A stretch of DNA of 64,000 nt, taken from a virus. A model generated the notes under the pieces. That model did no database searches and had not been told where the DNA came from. It worked only from the letters and a program-made list of their open reading frames with translations. Position numbers and translations under genes: made by a program. Shown piece after piece: positions 8,707-18,072 of the stretch. The DNA lies in IMG/VR virus record IMGVR_UViG_3300046787_000316, positions 1-64,000 of that record, one strand, 5' to 3'. Each line of letters starts with the position of its first letter. Position 1 is the first letter of the stretch.

Positions 8707-9720
8707 TTAAAATATATCATCCCAATTTTCACCTTCTCCTGCTTTAGAATAATCCGTTGGCCTCATTGCGAAGAAATCTGTATGAGTAACACCACCTGTA
8801 AGATGGTAGAACCAATCTAATTCGGATGCTTTCTTCTCATTGAATTCAAAGTAATCATCCCCACCTTGCATTGGGTTATATCCTAATTCTGCCAATTTTT
8901 CATTAACTCTCTTTGTGATGAATTCTTTCAAATCACCTGCTTTAAGGTTTTCTAAATCACCCATTTCAAAAATCTTATCGATAAACTTATGTTCTAAATC
9001 AATGATAATTTTAGCTGCTTCGTAGATATCATCTTTAGCTTCCTCTAATAATTCAGGAAACTCATCGCACATGTGTCTGAATAATTGTACTCCCATTTTA
9101 GAATGAAGAGATTCATCTCTAACACTCCACTTCATTTGTTGTCCGATTCCTTTCAATAGATTTCTCATTTGAAACGAATACAATACAGCGAATGATGAAT
9201 AAAGTGCAACTCCTTCAGCGAATGCCGAAAAGATTGCCAATGAACGTGCTACTTCTTTTCTAGCAATTGGATTTGTATCCAAATCTTTTGGAGTCCATTC
9301 AGCGGTTGTATTGGTTAATAATTCAAAACGTTCTTTCATAGTCGAATCATGTAAGAACCCTTCAAAATCATCTAACCCCAATGTTTCATTGAGATATGAA
9401 TATGCGATTGAATGGATTGTTTCTTGCGAACCAAATGCCATTGCCATCTGTCTAATCTCGTGTTTTGGAAACCATTTGGTAACCATACCAGTCCAATAAT
9501 CAGATACCGCACATTCTGTTTGAGCAAACCCTAAGAGAATGTTTCCAACTAAATGTTTTTCCGATGGTGAAAGATTTTCATTCCAATCCTTAACATCGCC
9601 TTGCATTGGTATTTCGGTGTGTAACCAAAATGCCTGCATTTGTAATAACCATCCTTCATTATAATATACTGGATATTCAAATGGTTTAAAAGGAATTCTT
9701 TCTGTAAATAATTTGCTCAT
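8707..9720 (-). CDS. nrdB: Class I ribonucleotide reductase beta subunit
   Basis: FAQTE, QETIHSIAY, FAEGVALYSSF, RDESLH and a C-terminal DFFAMRPTDY. Confidence 0.97.
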   Translation of the reverse strand: MSKLFTERIPFKPFEYPVYYNEGWLLQMQAFWLHTEIPMQGDVKDWNENLSPSEKHLVGNILLGFAQTECAVSDYWTGMVTKWFPKHEIRQMAMAFGSQETIHSIAYSYLNETLGLDDFEGFLHDSTMKERFELLTNTTAEWTPKDLDTNPIARKEVARSLAIFSAFAEGVALYSSFAVLYSFQMRNLLKGIGQQMKWSVRDESLHSKMGVQLFRHMCDEFPELLEEAKDDIYEAAKIIIDLEHKFIDKIFEMGDLENLKAGDLKEFITKRVNEKLAELGYNPMQGGDDYFEFNEKKASELDWFYHLTGGVTHTDFFAMRPTDYSKAGEGENWDDIF

Positions 9721-9815
9721 AATTTGTTTTTTATGTTAGAGATGTAGGTATAACTATGGTTCGTTTTTATAAATTTTCTTTTTTCTTTAGAAAACTTTAT
9801 ACAACTTTTCAACCA

Positions 9816-11171
9816 TTACCCCATATTCTCAACATACTTTTTGTGTAATAATTTTTTCTCTAAATTCTCTCCGTTTTTAGAGTCTTTGGTTGCATTCATT
9901 CCATCTTGCGATGTTGCTGCGAATACATCCATAATCCCGTGAAAAGTATCAATCTTCGCTGGGAAAGTCATTCCATCAGGTCCAAATCGATTTTTAACGA
10001 TGTGAATACGACCTGTATTTGATAACTTATCCTTTGTTTTTCTACTAACACTCATAATGAAATCAGCCGTTTGTACTTTCTTATAAGAATCTCCAACTGA
10101 ATCTGCTCCAATTACTTCGTGCTCAATAGCTGCTCTGTTTGTTTGTGTTGCTGTCCAAATAGGAATACCTGCTTCACCACTCAAACCTCTAAGTTCCTCA
10201 TAGATTCCACCCAATTCAGCGTATAATCCATCTCTACCACTACCTGATTTTAATAAATCGGCGTAATCGATGATGATTAAATCCGGTGCAAATCCAATTT
10301 GTTTTAATTTTTCAATATGAGCTGCAAGAGTCTTAGAAGATGCGAACTGTGGTGGATAGTATTTAATACGAACTCTACCTGGCGTACCTTTAATTTTTCT
10401 GATAATCTCATCTTTCCTCTCTTTATGTTCCGAAGTTTGGATTCCAGTCAAAATTGTAGTGTATCGTTGTCCCACATAACTTTCGGATAACTCCAATGAA
10501 TAATGTAAAACATTTTTACCTTTTTGCAATGCCGAACATGCTATCTTTGATAAGAACCAACTTTTACCGATACCCGATGGCGCCATTACAACACCCAATT
10601 CACCAGGTCCTAATCCCCCATCCATTAATTCATCAATAACTTCCCACCCAGTGGATACCGAATTACGTTTTACATCTTCCATAATAAGTTCAAACTCATC
10701 GATGTAATCCATACCTAAATCCGATTCTACACCCACTTTGGATGCCGCCATCATTGTATCAATGATTTGTTCGTAATTACCTGCTTTAAGCAAGTCTACG
10801 GATTTGAATAAGGCCTCTTTAACCTTTTGATTTTTAGCAAATGTAAGATATTCTTTCTTTACATACGGTAAATCTTCTGAACCTACTTGCGTATAAACAT
10901 TTTTTAGTTGGTCAACTACGGTTTGTTTCAACCCTTTGTCCTCAATCTCGCCTACTTTGATTTTGAACACTTCCATTGTTGGAACTGAACGATACTCATT
11001 AAAGTAGTGCAATACCGAATCGATAATCCATTGGTTTGCTTGTGATTCAAAAAATGCCGGTTTAGTGATTTCGTTTACCTGTTCAAGAAACTTAACATCT
11101 GTTATAAGAGAAGCAACAACTTTAGATTGATACGATTGACCATATTTGACAAGTGTATCTATTGCTTCCAT
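9816..11171 (-). CDS. Replicative helicase (DnaB / T4 gp41-like)
   Basis: Walker A APSGIGKS, SLE, IIIDYADLL, TATQTNR, KNRFG. Confidence 0.92.
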   Translation of the reverse strand: MEAIDTLVKYGQSYQSKVVASLITDVKFLEQVNEITKPAFFESQANQWIIDSVLHYFNEYRSVPTMEVFKIKVGEIEDKGLKQTVVDQLKNVYTQVGSEDLPYVKKEYLTFAKNQKVKEALFKSVDLLKAGNYEQIIDTMMAASKVGVESDLGMDYIDEFELIMEDVKRNSVSTGWEVIDELMDGGLGPGELGVVMAPSGIGKSWFLSKIACSALQKGKNVLHYSLELSESYVGQRYTTILTGIQTSEHKERKDEIIRKIKGTPGRVRIKYYPPQFASSKTLAAHIEKLKQIGFAPDLIIIDYADLLKSGSGRDGLYAELGGIYEELRGLSGEAGIPIWTATQTNRAAIEHEVIGADSVGDSYKKVQTADFIMSVSRKTKDKLSNTGRIHIVKNRFGPDGMTFPAKIDTFHGIMDVFAATSQDGMNATKDSKNGENLEKKLLHKKYVENMG

Positions 11172-11413
11172 TATTTTTTAGTTTTCTTTCTTGCTAACTT
11201 TTTTTCTTCGATTGATAATTCTTCTACCGTTTCCGATACTTCTACTACCACTTTAGGTTGTTGGGTTGGTTTGCGAAGTGCTTTCCACTCCGATTTTGGA
11301 CAGAACGCCCATACACCAGTACTTACTTTGTTATCCGCTTCCGATTCGGTTACTCTACGGATTGTACCGATTTTATTATCCTTTGTTTCTTTTACTACTT
11401 TAATACACTTCAT
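11171..11413 (-). CDS. Hypothetical protein
   Basis: 80-aa ORF packed between helicase and groES on the coding strand. Confidence 0.7.
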   Translation of the reverse strand: MKCIKVVKETKDNKIGTIRRVTESEADNKVSTGVWAFCPKSEWKALRKPTQQPKVVVEVSETVEELSIEEKKLARKKTKK

Positions 11414-11440
11414 ACTGTTTGTCCATGTTTAGTTTAAAAA

Positions 11441-11746
11441 TTATTTAATTACCATTAAGATTTCTGATTCTCTTAATAGGATGTAGGATTTTCCACCTAC
11501 TTTGATGTCTTGCCCCTGATGATATGGTGGTAAAATTACCTCATCACCAACCTCAACACTCATTGGAATCAATGTTCCGGCTTGTGTATAGATACCAGGT
11601 CCAACCGATTCTACTTTTGCACGTTTTACATCTTCACTTCGTACTGAATCAGGGATAATGATACCACCTGCCGTTTGTGAAACTTCCAAATCTAATTCTG
11701 TTAGAAGAACTCTATCTCCTAAAGGTTTTGCTGTTTTGTCTGCCAT
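11441..11746 (-). CDS. groES: Co-chaperonin GroES (Cpn10)
   Basis: KPLGDRVLL, TAGGIIIPD, VGPG, VGDEV, LRESEIL. Confidence 0.95.
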   Translation of the reverse strand: MADKTAKPLGDRVLLTELDLEVSQTAGGIIIPDSVRSEDVKRAKVESVGPGIYTQAGTLIPMSVEVGDEVILPPYHQGQDIKVGGKSYILLRESEILMVIK

Positions 11747-11749
11747 TGT

Positions 11750-12808
11750 TTAAAATTTTGCTATGTGAGAAAATGTGGATTGTAACCAATCGGTAACATT
11801 CGGAAATGCATCCAACACCGATGATTTTAATCCTACTTTTAAAAATTCTTGTTTACTGAACTTAGGTACTGGCTCTTCGAATCTATCAATGATTTTCATT
11901 CTAAGGTTACCACTAAACGTTGGTTCAGATAACTGCATTAAGGTACGATTTCTTTCTAAGATTTCCAAATTATTTTCAAATAATTCGTGTCCTTTTATTT
12001 TCTTTGGTTGAGCTTTAATATACTCCAACATAGATTCAGTAGTATGAACTTCTTCATCTGCTAATATTGGGAATGCTTTAAGAATCGTTTTTAATCCTAA
12101 TCCACTAATACCTTCTACGTTATCGGATTTATCACCATCAATTATTCTGAAATTGATAAAATTGTGCGGGTGTATCCCAAATTCCTCAACTACTTCCGGT
12201 ATGTTATAGATTTTCTTTTTTGAAGGTGAATATACACTTACATCTTTGTTTACCAATTGTAAGAAATCTTTATCGGTACTCATTATTACAACTTTCTCAT
12301 TTTCTTTCTTTAATTGGGTTGCTATGTAAGCCATAACATCATCTGCCTCAATTCCATCGTAAATCATAATAGTAACAGGTAGAACTGAAAGTAACTCACC
12401 CAATCCCGTCATTTGACGTTTCATCGATGCACTTTCCTCTTCCGGTGTCATTTCAATAGATGCGGCACGATTCAATCTCATTTTGATTTTGTTCTTACCT
12501 CTCTCCGATTTGTAACCAGAATATATTTCTTTTCTGCTATTAGAACCTCCTTTACCATCGAATACGATGACAACTCGTGTAGGGTTGATTGTACGGATGG
12601 CGTAGCCGATACTTTTTAAAGTACCGACTATTCCCCCAATGTGGTCACCATTCTCATTAAGATTTGGTGCAGTTGACCAAGAACGGATAAATGTATTAAG
12701 ACCATCTATCACTAATGTTTTAGAGTTACGTTGTAAATCTCCAAAATCATTGTGTTCTCTATCTATTTCTTTTAGTATTTCTAAAAACCTTTTGTTAATC
12801 TGACTCAT
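11750..12808 (-). CDS. 5'-3' exonuclease / flap endonuclease (T4 RNase H-like)
   Basis: IDGLN, VFDGKGG, IEADD, STDKDFLQL, GDKSDNVEGISGLG. Confidence 0.93.
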   Translation of the reverse strand: MSQINKRFLEILKEIDREHNDFGDLQRNSKTLVIDGLNTFIRSWSTAPNLNENGDHIGGIVGTLKSIGYAIRTINPTRVVIVFDGKGGSNSRKEIYSGYKSERGKNKIKMRLNRAASIEMTPEEESASMKRQMTGLGELLSVLPVTIMIYDGIEADDVMAYIATQLKKENEKVVIMSTDKDFLQLVNKDVSVYSPSKKKIYNIPEVVEEFGIHPHNFINFRIIDGDKSDNVEGISGLGLKTILKAFPILADEEVHTTESMLEYIKAQPKKIKGHELFENNLEILERNRTLMQLSEPTFSGNLRMKIIDRFEEPVPKFSKQEFLKVGLKSSVLDAFPNVTDWLQSTFSHIAKF

Positions 12809-13898
12809 TTCCTTCGTCCGTTGTTATTTCAACTTCATCCGATGATGTTGTTTTGTATTGTAAAATTGTTGCTTCGCAAATCCTACGATAGATTTGGTCT
12901 TTAAGATTTTCGTTTTCAAGTAACTTCATAAAATCTTTCGATTGGAATTTGAAAACTTCACCAGTATCAATATCTACATATTCATACCAAGCTCCACCTT
13001 GCTTAACCAACTTCTGGTCTTTCATTACTGAAATCCATCCTCCGAAATTATCAATACCTCTATCAAAGAAGATATCAAAATCGGCGTGTCTTAATGGCGG
13101 CCCCATTCTGTTTTTGATAACCTGGCAACGTACTTTAATACCTACGATTCTATCTCCGGCTTTAAGTTGTCCCATATTCTTTAAACGAACTCTAACAGAT
13201 GCGTGGAATGCTAATGCCTTACCACCCGATGTTGTCCAAGGGTCACCGAACATTGCGTTCATTTTTTGTCTTAACTGATTCGTAAAGATTAAAGCGATTG
13301 ATTGTCTACCAATCATATTGGTAATCTTTCTCATTGCTTTAGAAATGATAATTGCTTTATCGGTTGCATACCCATCTTTACCATAATCGGCTTCTAACTC
13401 CTTATGTGTCGATGCTGCTGCTACTGAATCCACTACGATAGTTACTAATCTATCTTTATCTCCTTTACGAACTTGCTCAATAATTGTTTCACATGCTTCG
13501 AAAATACCTTCTACGGTATCAACTGAAACATATAGGAGTTTTGAAACATCTACCCCAATTGCTTCTAAGAATTCTCTACTAACTGCGGTTTCCGTATCAA
13601 TCAATACTGCTACACCACCTTTACGTTGTGTTTCAGCAAGGAGATGGGCGGAGAGCAAAGATTTTCCACTTTGCTCTAAACCCGTAATCTCTGTAATACG
13701 TCCAACTGGCAATCCACCATAAGGGCGGTTTGATATTGCCACATCTAACATAGCGTTTCCGGTAGATACCCAATCCTTTACGTTGGTAGGAGCATCGCCA
13801 CCCTCATCTGTTAGAAAGTAAGCAATCTTACCATCCTTATTTTGTTTGTTTAGAGAATCGGCAAGTAAACCTGCTAAATCTTCTTCTCTTTTTGCCAT
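12795..13898 (-). CDS. recA: RecA/UvsX recombinase
   Basis: GLEQSGKS Walker A, IDTE, VVDSVAA, FTNQLR, TSGGKALAFHASVR, KNRMGPP. Confidence 0.95.
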   Translation of the reverse strand: MAKREEDLAGLLADSLNKQNKDGKIAYFLTDEGGDAPTNVKDWVSTGNAMLDVAISNRPYGGLPVGRITEITGLEQSGKSLLSAHLLAETQRKGGVAVLIDTETAVSREFLEAIGVDVSKLLYVSVDTVEGIFEACETIIEQVRKGDKDRLVTIVVDSVAAASTHKELEADYGKDGYATDKAIIISKAMRKITNMIGRQSIALIFTNQLRQKMNAMFGDPWTTSGGKALAFHASVRVRLKNMGQLKAGDRIVGIKVRCQVIKNRMGPPLRHADFDIFFDRGIDNFGGWISVMKDQKLVKQGGAWYEYVDIDTGEVFKFQSKDFMKLLENENLKDQIYRRICEATILQYKTTSSDEVEITTDEGNESD

Positions 13899-13910
13899 TT
13901 GTAACTAATT

Positions 13911-14789
13911 TTAGTTGTTAAATAAATCATCGAATGCCGATGCTACATCATCCTTTGGTTTGAATGCAGGAGTTGCTTCCGTTTCCCAAGGTAAATCAGC
14001 TGGAACTTCTGCTGTGGCAGGTGCTGATTGGAATGCTGGCGTTGATACAACAGGTGCCGATGCTACCGGAGCTGCGGTTGGTGCTGCTTTTGGTGCCTCC
14101 AATGCTTCGTTTACAGGGTTACCTGTTCCGTTAGCCGGTGCAGATGGGTTTAACCAATTCTCTAACACACCTTTTAACTCATCATAAGATAATTCAGAGT
14201 ATAATTCTGTGATTTCTTTTTGACCATCTAACAATTGCATTACATCGGAATCATTTTCTAAAATTTTAGAAGTTGCTGGTTTTACTCTAATTGTAGTTGT
14301 TGGATAAGCTGCGTTTGATTCTTCGGCTGATACCACTTCTAAAACGATATCTCTACCACTTAATGGGTCTGTAATATCTCCGTAATCTGGGTCAGCGATG
14401 TAACCTAAGATGTCCTGATAAACAGTCTTACCAAATCCCCAAAATTTAACACCTTCGTTTTCTTTACCTCTTACGATAACAGGTGCGAAAGTTCTTAATT
14501 TTGGCTCCATTTTCTTACCTGCTTTCCAATCATCGGTATCGCCTGTACGTTTAAGTTTTTCAGCGAATTCAACGATAGGGTCTGGTCTTCCAAATGAAAT
14601 TGGTGACAAGTACGTCTTGTTGTTAATGTTGTAGTGAAAATACAATTCGATAAAAGGATTATCCTTATTGAATTTGTAAGGTACTAAACGGATTTGAGAT
14701 TTTCCGTTTGCCGGTTTCCAGATTGAATCCGACTTCTTTGTGTTGTTTTGTAAAGAGCTAAATCTCTTTAATGCTAATGAAATGTCCAT
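13911..14789 (-). CDS. Single-stranded DNA-binding protein (T4 gp32-like)
   Basis: WKP..GK.QIRLVP, FHY, FWGFGK.VY, DPLSGRD, and an acidic C-terminal tail ending DVASAFDDLFNN. Confidence 0.88.
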   Translation of the reverse strand: MDISLALKRFSSLQNNTKKSDSIWKPANGKSQIRLVPYKFNKDNPFIELYFHYNINNKTYLSPISFGRPDPIVEFAEKLKRTGDTDDWKAGKKMEPKLRTFAPVIVRGKENEGVKFWGFGKTVYQDILGYIADPDYGDITDPLSGRDIVLEVVSAEESNAAYPTTTIRVKPATSKILENDSDVMQLLDGQKEITELYSELSYDELKGVLENWLNPSAPANGTGNPVNEALEAPKAAPTAAPVASAPVVSTPAFQSAPATAEVPADLPWETEATPAFKPKDDVASAFDDLFNN

Positions 14790-14889
14790 TGCTTTTTTGT
14801 TTTAAAGTTTATAAAAAATTGTTTTTAAAGTTCAGGTTGTATATCGATATTACCTATATCTAAATATAACCTTTTCGTCTTTTGTTACA

Positions 14890-14921
14890 CAAATATACGA
14901 AAGTTTTTTGTAATTACCAAA
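14890..14921 (-). promoter_or_regulatory. Bacteroidota sigma70-type promoter for SSB
   Basis: TTTG-N20-TATATTTG. Confidence 0.8.
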
Positions 14922-15281
14922 TTATTTTGCCCATTTATTTCTAGTCACCAATTGTGAGATAACTGAATAAACTGCAAGGTCTTGGTAAGTATCTTCAATT
15001 GATTCTCCAACCTCATCTGGCTGGCCTAATACTACCAATTGTTTCAATCTTTGAATTTTATCATTTTTTCTGAACCATAGTCCACTTAATGATAACTTAA
15101 CATCTTCTTTGGTTTGAAGTGCCGTTCCTACGGAAATGTTTCCAGGTCCATAGTTTCTTTGTTTTTTACAAAATGTTAGATACATTTCATCTAAGATGTT
15201 TTTGAATTCCTCTGTCATTTGAGGATACATCTCTTCGCAATATGAGATTGCGGATTCTACTTTTTCTTTTGCGTCGGTCAT
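14922..15281 (-). CDS. DUF1599 / nucleotide-modification-associated domain 1 protein
   Basis: F.KKQ.NYG, R..DKI.RL, ESIEDTYQDLAVYSVI pattern. Confidence 0.75.
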   Translation of the reverse strand: MTDAKEKVESAISYCEEMYPQMTEEFKNILDEMYLTFCKKQRNYGPGNISVGTALQTKEDVKLSLSGLWFRKNDKIQRLKQLVVLGQPDEVGESIEDTYQDLAVYSVISQLVTRNKWAK

Positions 15282-15283
15282 AA

Positions 15284-15409
15284 CTACTTTTTAAGATTCC
15301 ATTTTTTGTTTAAATACTCGTAATAATTTTTGGTTTTGTTACCATTATATAGAAACCATACAATGTAGATATCAAACCACCAATCCAATCTCTTTAGTAA
15401 CTTTTTCAT
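15284..15409 (-). CDS. 41-aa small protein MKKLLKRLDWWFDIYIVWFLYNGNKTKNYYEYLNKKWNLKK
   Basis: Below the ORF-track cutoff. ATG 15409 overlaps the end of the upstream gene; TAG ends 2 nt before the next ATG, filling an otherwise empty 90-nt gap. Confidence 0.65.
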   Translation of the reverse strand: MKKLLKRLDWWFDIYIVWFLYNGNKTKNYYEYLNKKWNLKK

Positions 15410-15713
15410 TTTTTCGTTTTAATTTATGTTTAACTTTCATAGCCTGAGCGCATACCTCATACTCCTCATAATCTACGAGGGTTTTGATATTCTCATCTAA
15501 TAATTCCATGAATTCAGCACTTTCGATTGCGAGAGTGATTATGATAGCATCCTTAACGAATACTCTGGCGAAATTAACTTTATCTTTGTTGTTTCGTACA
15601 CCAAAGTCTACACCATTAATTATTGCTTTAGAGATTTCACATCGATGATTTACAAAAACATCCGATGGACTGGTGACTTTGATTTCAAATGGTTTAAATC
15701 TATTTCTTTTCAT
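15372..15713 (-). CDS. Hypothetical protein (UVR-like C-terminal helix EEYEVCA)
   Basis: ORF directly downstream of a promoter. Confidence 0.7.
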   Translation of the reverse strand: MKRNRFKPFEIKVTSPSDVFVNHRCEISKAIINGVDFGVRNNKDKVNFARVFVKDAIIITLAIESAEFMELLDENIKTLVDYEEYEVCAQAMKVKHKLKRKNEKVTKEIGLVV

Positions 15714-15717
15714 TATA

Positions 15718-15749
15718 CAAATATAACAAAAATAATTTAGAATTCCAAA
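15718..15749 (-). promoter_or_regulatory. Bacteroidota sigma70-type promoter
   Basis: TTTG-N20-TATATTTG. Confidence 0.8.
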
Positions 15750-16144
15750 TTGTCTGTATTAAAACTTTTAAAAACTTTTGTAGGTATTTTTTTGTATCCA
15801 GCGCTTGATGTAGTAATTATACAATTTCTGAATTCATCCCAATCAATCATATATGAATTATCAAGTTGCCCACCTGTCTTAGATTTAACAACTTCGTTCA
15901 AAGCGTTAATCGTATAAATGGTATTTGATTGTTTCTTTCTATGTACTAATATGGTTTTCCAATTGGACATAATAGCCGAAGAACCTTTTCCTACATTAAA
16001 TGTAATAAAAGCCTCATCGATGTTCGATTTATTTTCCAATATAAAAATGTTTGGATTAGTCAATGTATAACTTTCTAATATGAAGTTAAACGAGTTATCC
16101 AATTCTTGCTTCGTTGTAAATAAGCAAAGTAGTTGTGTATTCAT
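15737..16144 (-). CDS. Hypothetical phage protein
   Basis: 135-aa ORF, translationally coupled to the upstream gene. Confidence 0.7.
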   Translation of the reverse strand: MNTQLLCLFTTKQELDNSFNFILESYTLTNPNIFILENKSNIDEAFITFNVGKGSSAIMSNWKTILVHRKKQSNTIYTINALNEVVKSKTGGQLDNSYMIDWDEFRNCIITTSSAGYKKIPTKVFKSFNTDNLEF

Positions 16145-18003
16145 TATCCGTATATTTCTTTATTTGCTTGTTCTAATATTTTAGCAAAGCGTTTATCTAA
16201 TTGCATTTCAAATTTAATTTGTCCTCCATAACCAACTCCATCTTCTCTAGCAACTATGGTAGCAATAGGTATTACTTTTTTAGAAGTTCCGGCTTTATAT
16301 GCTAAATATGGTGGTGTTGCATCAGTCATAGCAACCAATCCTTGTTTAATTTGTTCAAAATCCGATGTTTCAAATATTTGTTTCAATATTGCTCTATCCA
16401 ATGAATTAGGTCCAATTGCCATAGATTCTTCTCCCTCACCAACTGCCTTCAATGGAAACTCTTCTCTGATTGCACCTAACATACCTTCTTTTAATTTAGG
16501 ATTTGAACCTAATGCGGCTATAACATCATGTTGGTGTTGTCTGTGTTGTTTTTGAACTAAATCTAAATATTTTTTAGCAGTTGCATCTCCTTGAGTAGCT
16601 GCTGATTGAATTGATGCTAATACAACTTTTCGAATTGCTCTACCATTTCCTTTTCCAGATTGTAACTTAGCCAATGCATCTTTCAATGAATATCCTTTGG
16701 ATTTTATTATAGCTTGTAATTTCTTATCTTTCAATGCAGCCTTTTCTAATATGGCTATATTTTTAGTACCAAATGCCAATAAGTTTTGAGCTTCACGTTT
16801 CTGATATACGTTCGGATTAATATTATCTGGTAAGTTTTTATCCCATTCTAAGAATTTACCTGTACCTGAATTGATAAAGTTAACAATTACCGATTTTTTC
16901 AATGATACTTCATCTAATATAGATTCACCATTTTTTGTTTTGATTTTAAAATAAGCATCGGTAGAAAACCCTTTATTCTTTTTGTAATCTTTTAAACCCA
17001 TCGCCTCTACTTCACCTTGCGTATCCCAAGCACCAGCTTCGATGGATGCGCCAGGATATTCTCTACCCACTCTATTTAAAATAGCGCTTCGGTTATTGAT
17101 AGCGGCTTGTACCCAAGATTTAGTTACAATTCTACTTGCTTCACTTTTTAAATTAGGATTTTTGGCAAGTTGAGCGGATTCATGTTGTAATAATGAATTA
17201 TAGAATATACGTGCATCCTTATCATTTAACGTTGTACCAATTAAAGTCATCAACTCACCTGCTTGCGCAGAAATTTGACCAGCACCACCTGGTAAGTTTG
17301 AGAAATGTGACCATTTAACGGTATCCTGCGTTGCTCTCGTATTCATCATTCTTTCCAATGCCTTTAAGTGTCTTGGTGCAACTTTGGCATTTTTAATAAT
17401 ATCGATTGGAATTTTGTACGTTGGAGGTGGAGGACCTATTTGGAATTCTTTATTTTTCTTAGCAAATACAATATCATCCGGCTGTTGTTTCTGCTGAAAC
17501 TCCTTACTTCTTAATGTATCTACTTTGGCAAGTGTTTTATCTTTACCACTAATAGTTTTTTTCTTTGGAGTAGTATTACCAAATACACTAGCACCGCCAC
17601 CCGTTACACCAAACGCATTTGGTTTAGTTTCTTTATCATCGGGACCGGCATCAACCATCTGAATATCATTTTTAGAATATCCAGCTTTTTTCAACATACT
17701 ATGTGCTATATTATAGGCTTGGCTATTTTTCTCATATCCCAACGCAGATGCCACAGTAACATCGTTACCGGTATCTGGGTTTCTGAATTTTTGTGATAGA
17801 GCTTTATTTAGACCCGTAGTTGCTTCATTCAAATGTGAAAAATACACTTGAGCAACTTCAACAATCGGAGTTGGTGAATCTATACCAGCTTCTCGTAAAA
17901 TATCAACTAAATGATTTACGTGGGATTCTTTAGTTAAATCGGGTATTCCCCCATCTACTCTGTAACTTAGTTCCAATAAGATATCATCAAAATTTGGAGT
18001 CAT
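16144..18003 (-). CDS. Putative internal virion protein with a PD-(D/E)XK-like nuclease motif
   Basis: N-terminal ILLE/LNE motifs like other head proteins; GELM helix and STD...EVSLKK; late motif upstream. Confidence 0.5.
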   Translation of the reverse strand: MTPNFDDILLELSYRVDGGIPDLTKESHVNHLVDILREAGIDSPTPIVEVAQVYFSHLNEATTGLNKALSQKFRNPDTGNDVTVASALGYEKNSQAYNIAHSMLKKAGYSKNDIQMVDAGPDDKETKPNAFGVTGGGASVFGNTTPKKKTISGKDKTLAKVDTLRSKEFQQKQQPDDIVFAKKNKEFQIGPPPPTYKIPIDIIKNAKVAPRHLKALERMMNTRATQDTVKWSHFSNLPGGAGQISAQAGELMTLIGTTLNDKDARIFYNSLLQHESAQLAKNPNLKSEASRIVTKSWVQAAINNRSAILNRVGREYPGASIEAGAWDTQGEVEAMGLKDYKKNKGFSTDAYFKIKTKNGESILDEVSLKKSVIVNFINSGTGKFLEWDKNLPDNINPNVYQKREAQNLLAFGTKNIAILEKAALKDKKLQAIIKSKGYSLKDALAKLQSGKGNGRAIRKVVLASIQSAATQGDATAKKYLDLVQKQHRQHQHDVIAALGSNPKLKEGMLGAIREEFPLKAVGEGEESMAIGPNSLDRAILKQIFETSDFEQIKQGLVAMTDATPPYLAYKAGTSKKVIPIATIVAREDGVGYGGQIKFEMQLDKRFAKILEQANKEIYG

Positions 18004-18038
18004 TATTTTTTTATATTTGTTATATACTATATTATAAG

Positions 18039-18072
18039 TATAAATATAATTTTTTAATCTATTACTACCAAA
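18039..18072 (-). promoter_or_regulatory. Hybrid promoter: late motif ATATTTATA overlapping TTTG-N20-TATATTTA
   Basis: tataaatat at 18039-18047 (plus strand) and caaa at 18069-18072. Confidence 0.65.

Noticed and set aside
11441-11746. GroES as a novelty
   Set aside because: Phage co-chaperonins (T4 gp31, GroES homologs in large phages) are well known; kept as a feature only.
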